Assembly (NCBI GenBank): GCA_046076065.1 | Contig: JBJTRH010000254.1 | Span: 1-49,127, forward strand | Direction of reading: 5' to 3' | DNA length: 49,127 nucleotides | DNA from: Planctomycetaceae bacterium | Lineage (GTDB): Bacteria; Planctomycetota; Planctomycetia; Pirellulales; UBA1268 | In this document: positions 48,238 to 49,127 of the stretch, piece after piece | Position numbering within the stretch: the stretch's first letter is position 1 | Layout: every line of letters starts with the position of its first letter | Made by a program: the position numbers and the translations under genes | Notes under the pieces: generated by a model | Databases searched by the model: none | The model's input: only the letters and a program-made list of their open reading frames with translations | What the model was told of the DNA's origin: nothing

Positions 48238-48500
48238 GCCGGAGGGGGCCGGTGGTGCGTCGGGAAATGCCTGGCCTGCGGGCGGTGGTGGCTTGTCACG
48301 GTGGCCCGGCAGCGTGCGGCCAAAGGCTTGAAACCAGTCTGATTTCCCGAGTTCTCGCGATTCCGGACGAGGCCAGGTGGGGTGTCCGTCCGGTTGCAGG
48401 GGCGACGGTTTTTTAAAATCCCGGTTCCGGCTCGCCCAGTCCCTTGAATGGCGGATAAGTCAACGTAATCTATCCATCTTGCCAGGCGGCCGAATCGTTC

Positions 48501-48534
48501 GGTCGTCGGAAGAGATGGGTCTCTTCGACCGACC
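48501..48534 (+). promoter_or_regulatory. Hairpin in the putative 5' leader of the YTV gene (GAAGAGA-TGGG-TCTCTTC core)
   Basis: 7-bp perfect core with partially complementary flanks GGTCG.../...CGACC. It lies in the only clearly less GC-rich stretch of the window (48238-48605). Confidence 0.3.
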
Positions 48535-48605
48535 GAAGTTCGGGCGCGTTCGAGAAAAACCTGCTCGTTTCTCTCCCGTTCGTTCCCTTTTCCCTGGAGG
48601 TTTTC

Positions 48606-49127
48606 GTGGTTCGTAAAGTTCTGTTCGGCCTCCTGCCGGCGTTCGCCGTCGCCGCCCTGTGCACCAGCACGTGGGCCGGTGACTGCGCGTGCGGCAGCGG
48701 CAGCGAGGGCGCCGTCGTCAGCGGTGGTGAGTGTGGTGGTTGTGCCGGCTCGTGCGGCACGAAGACGGTGTACCAGAAGCAGTACGTGACCGAGATGAAG
48801 ACGGTCTCGTCGACTGAGTACACCACCGAGACGCGTGAGCGGACCTACACGGTCAACAAGCGCGTTCCGCGGACCGAGACGAAGACCCGCACGGTCACCG
48901 TGCAGGTTCCCGAGACTCGTTCCAAGACCGTGAACTACACGGTCAACAAGAACGTGACCGAGACCAAGACGGCTGAGTACACCGTCCAGGTCCCGTACAC
49001 CGAGTCGGTCGAGCAGACCTACACGGTCCACGTTCCGGTGAGCGAGGAGAAGACCTCGACCTACACCGTGATGGTTCCGAAGCAGGAGGAGAAGACCTCG
49101 ACCTACACGGTCCAGGTCCCCTACACC
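48606..49127 (+). CDS. YTV-repeat protein (planctomycete cell-envelope protein family), 3'-truncated by the window edge. It is not present in the supplied ORF track.
   Basis: GTG at 48606 is preceded by GGAGG (48596-48600). My own translation reads VRKVLFGLLPAFAVAALCTSTWA (signal peptide), then the Cys-rich GDCACGSGSEGAVVSGGECGGCAGSCG, then repeats TYTVNKRVP / TVTVQVPE / NYTVNKNV / EYTVQVPYT / TYTVHVPV / TYTVMVPK / TYTVQVPYT. The frame is open to the last base. Confidence 0.8.
   Translation, partial: MVRKVLFGLLPAFAVAALCTSTWAGDCACGSGSEGAVVSGGECGGCAGSCGTKTVYQKQYVTEMKTVSSTEYTTETRERTYTVNKRVPRTETKTRTVTVQVPETRSKTVNYTVNKNVTETKTAEYTVQVPYTESVEQTYTVHVPVSEEKTSTYTVMVPKQEEKTSTYTVQVPYT
49044..49108 (+). 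repeat. Near-identical 23-nt segment repeated with a 42-nt (14-aa) period inside the YTV gene
   Basis: GAGGAGAAGACCTCGACCTACAC occurs at 49044-49066 and 49086-49108, encoding EEKTSTYTV twice. Confidence 0.75.

Noticed and set aside
48006-49031. 341-aa minus-strand ORF, the only track ORF covering the window's 3' end.
   Set aside because: It runs through the non-coding AT-richer spacer and antisense to the YTV repeats. Its translation is low-complexity. The plus-strand YTV frame has an SD sequence, a signal peptide and family repeats.

Overview
This is a 49.1-kb, very GC-rich window that is almost entirely coding, with about 40 protein genes. I found no rRNA, tRNA, CRISPR array, transposase or integrase. 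The gene content points to Planctomycetota, possibly Pirellulales-like, but this is inference only. The relevant families are a YTV-repeat protein, a PATR/PEP-CTERM surface protein, a secreted prenyltransferase-repeat protein, DUF4254, a Tat-signal xylose-isomerase-like TIM barrel and an FAD oxidoreductase flanked by beta-sandwich modules.

Main blocks, left to right:
- Frame-broken PEP-CTERM surface protein.
- L-lactate permease.
- Minus-strand trio: secreted FAD oxidoreductase, double-FMN_bind/NapH-like membrane protein, and ApbE.
- Housekeeping oxidoreductases.
- bamA translationally coupled to a GT9 heptosyltransferase.
- TsaC-like/YwlE-like fusion followed by rpiB.
- Orphan ACP, KS-like, KS, DUF4254 operon next to VanZ and UDP-xylose synthase.
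- Hydroxypyruvate-isomerase-like gene and glycerate kinase.
- ribBA.
- Five-gene Opp/Dpp-type ABC importer with two odd genes appended.
- TPM-domain protein with a roughly 600-aa helical-repeat tail.
- PDZ protein.
- Split secreted protein.
- Sialate O-acetylesterase and a HAD-SGNH fusion.
- 5' part of a YTV-repeat gene that is absent from the supplied ORF track.

The best candidates for something uncharacterised are the flavinylation-linked electron-transfer trio (2801-7984), the minimal ACP/KS/KS-like/DUF4254 operon (21770-24788), the TPM-coiled-coil protein (38606-41152) and a nested inverted-repeat element in the one unusually long convergent intergenic gap (27316-27564). The many very long ORFs lying antisense to real genes are treated as GC-content artefacts. 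All family assignments rest on motif recognition by eye. No searches were run.
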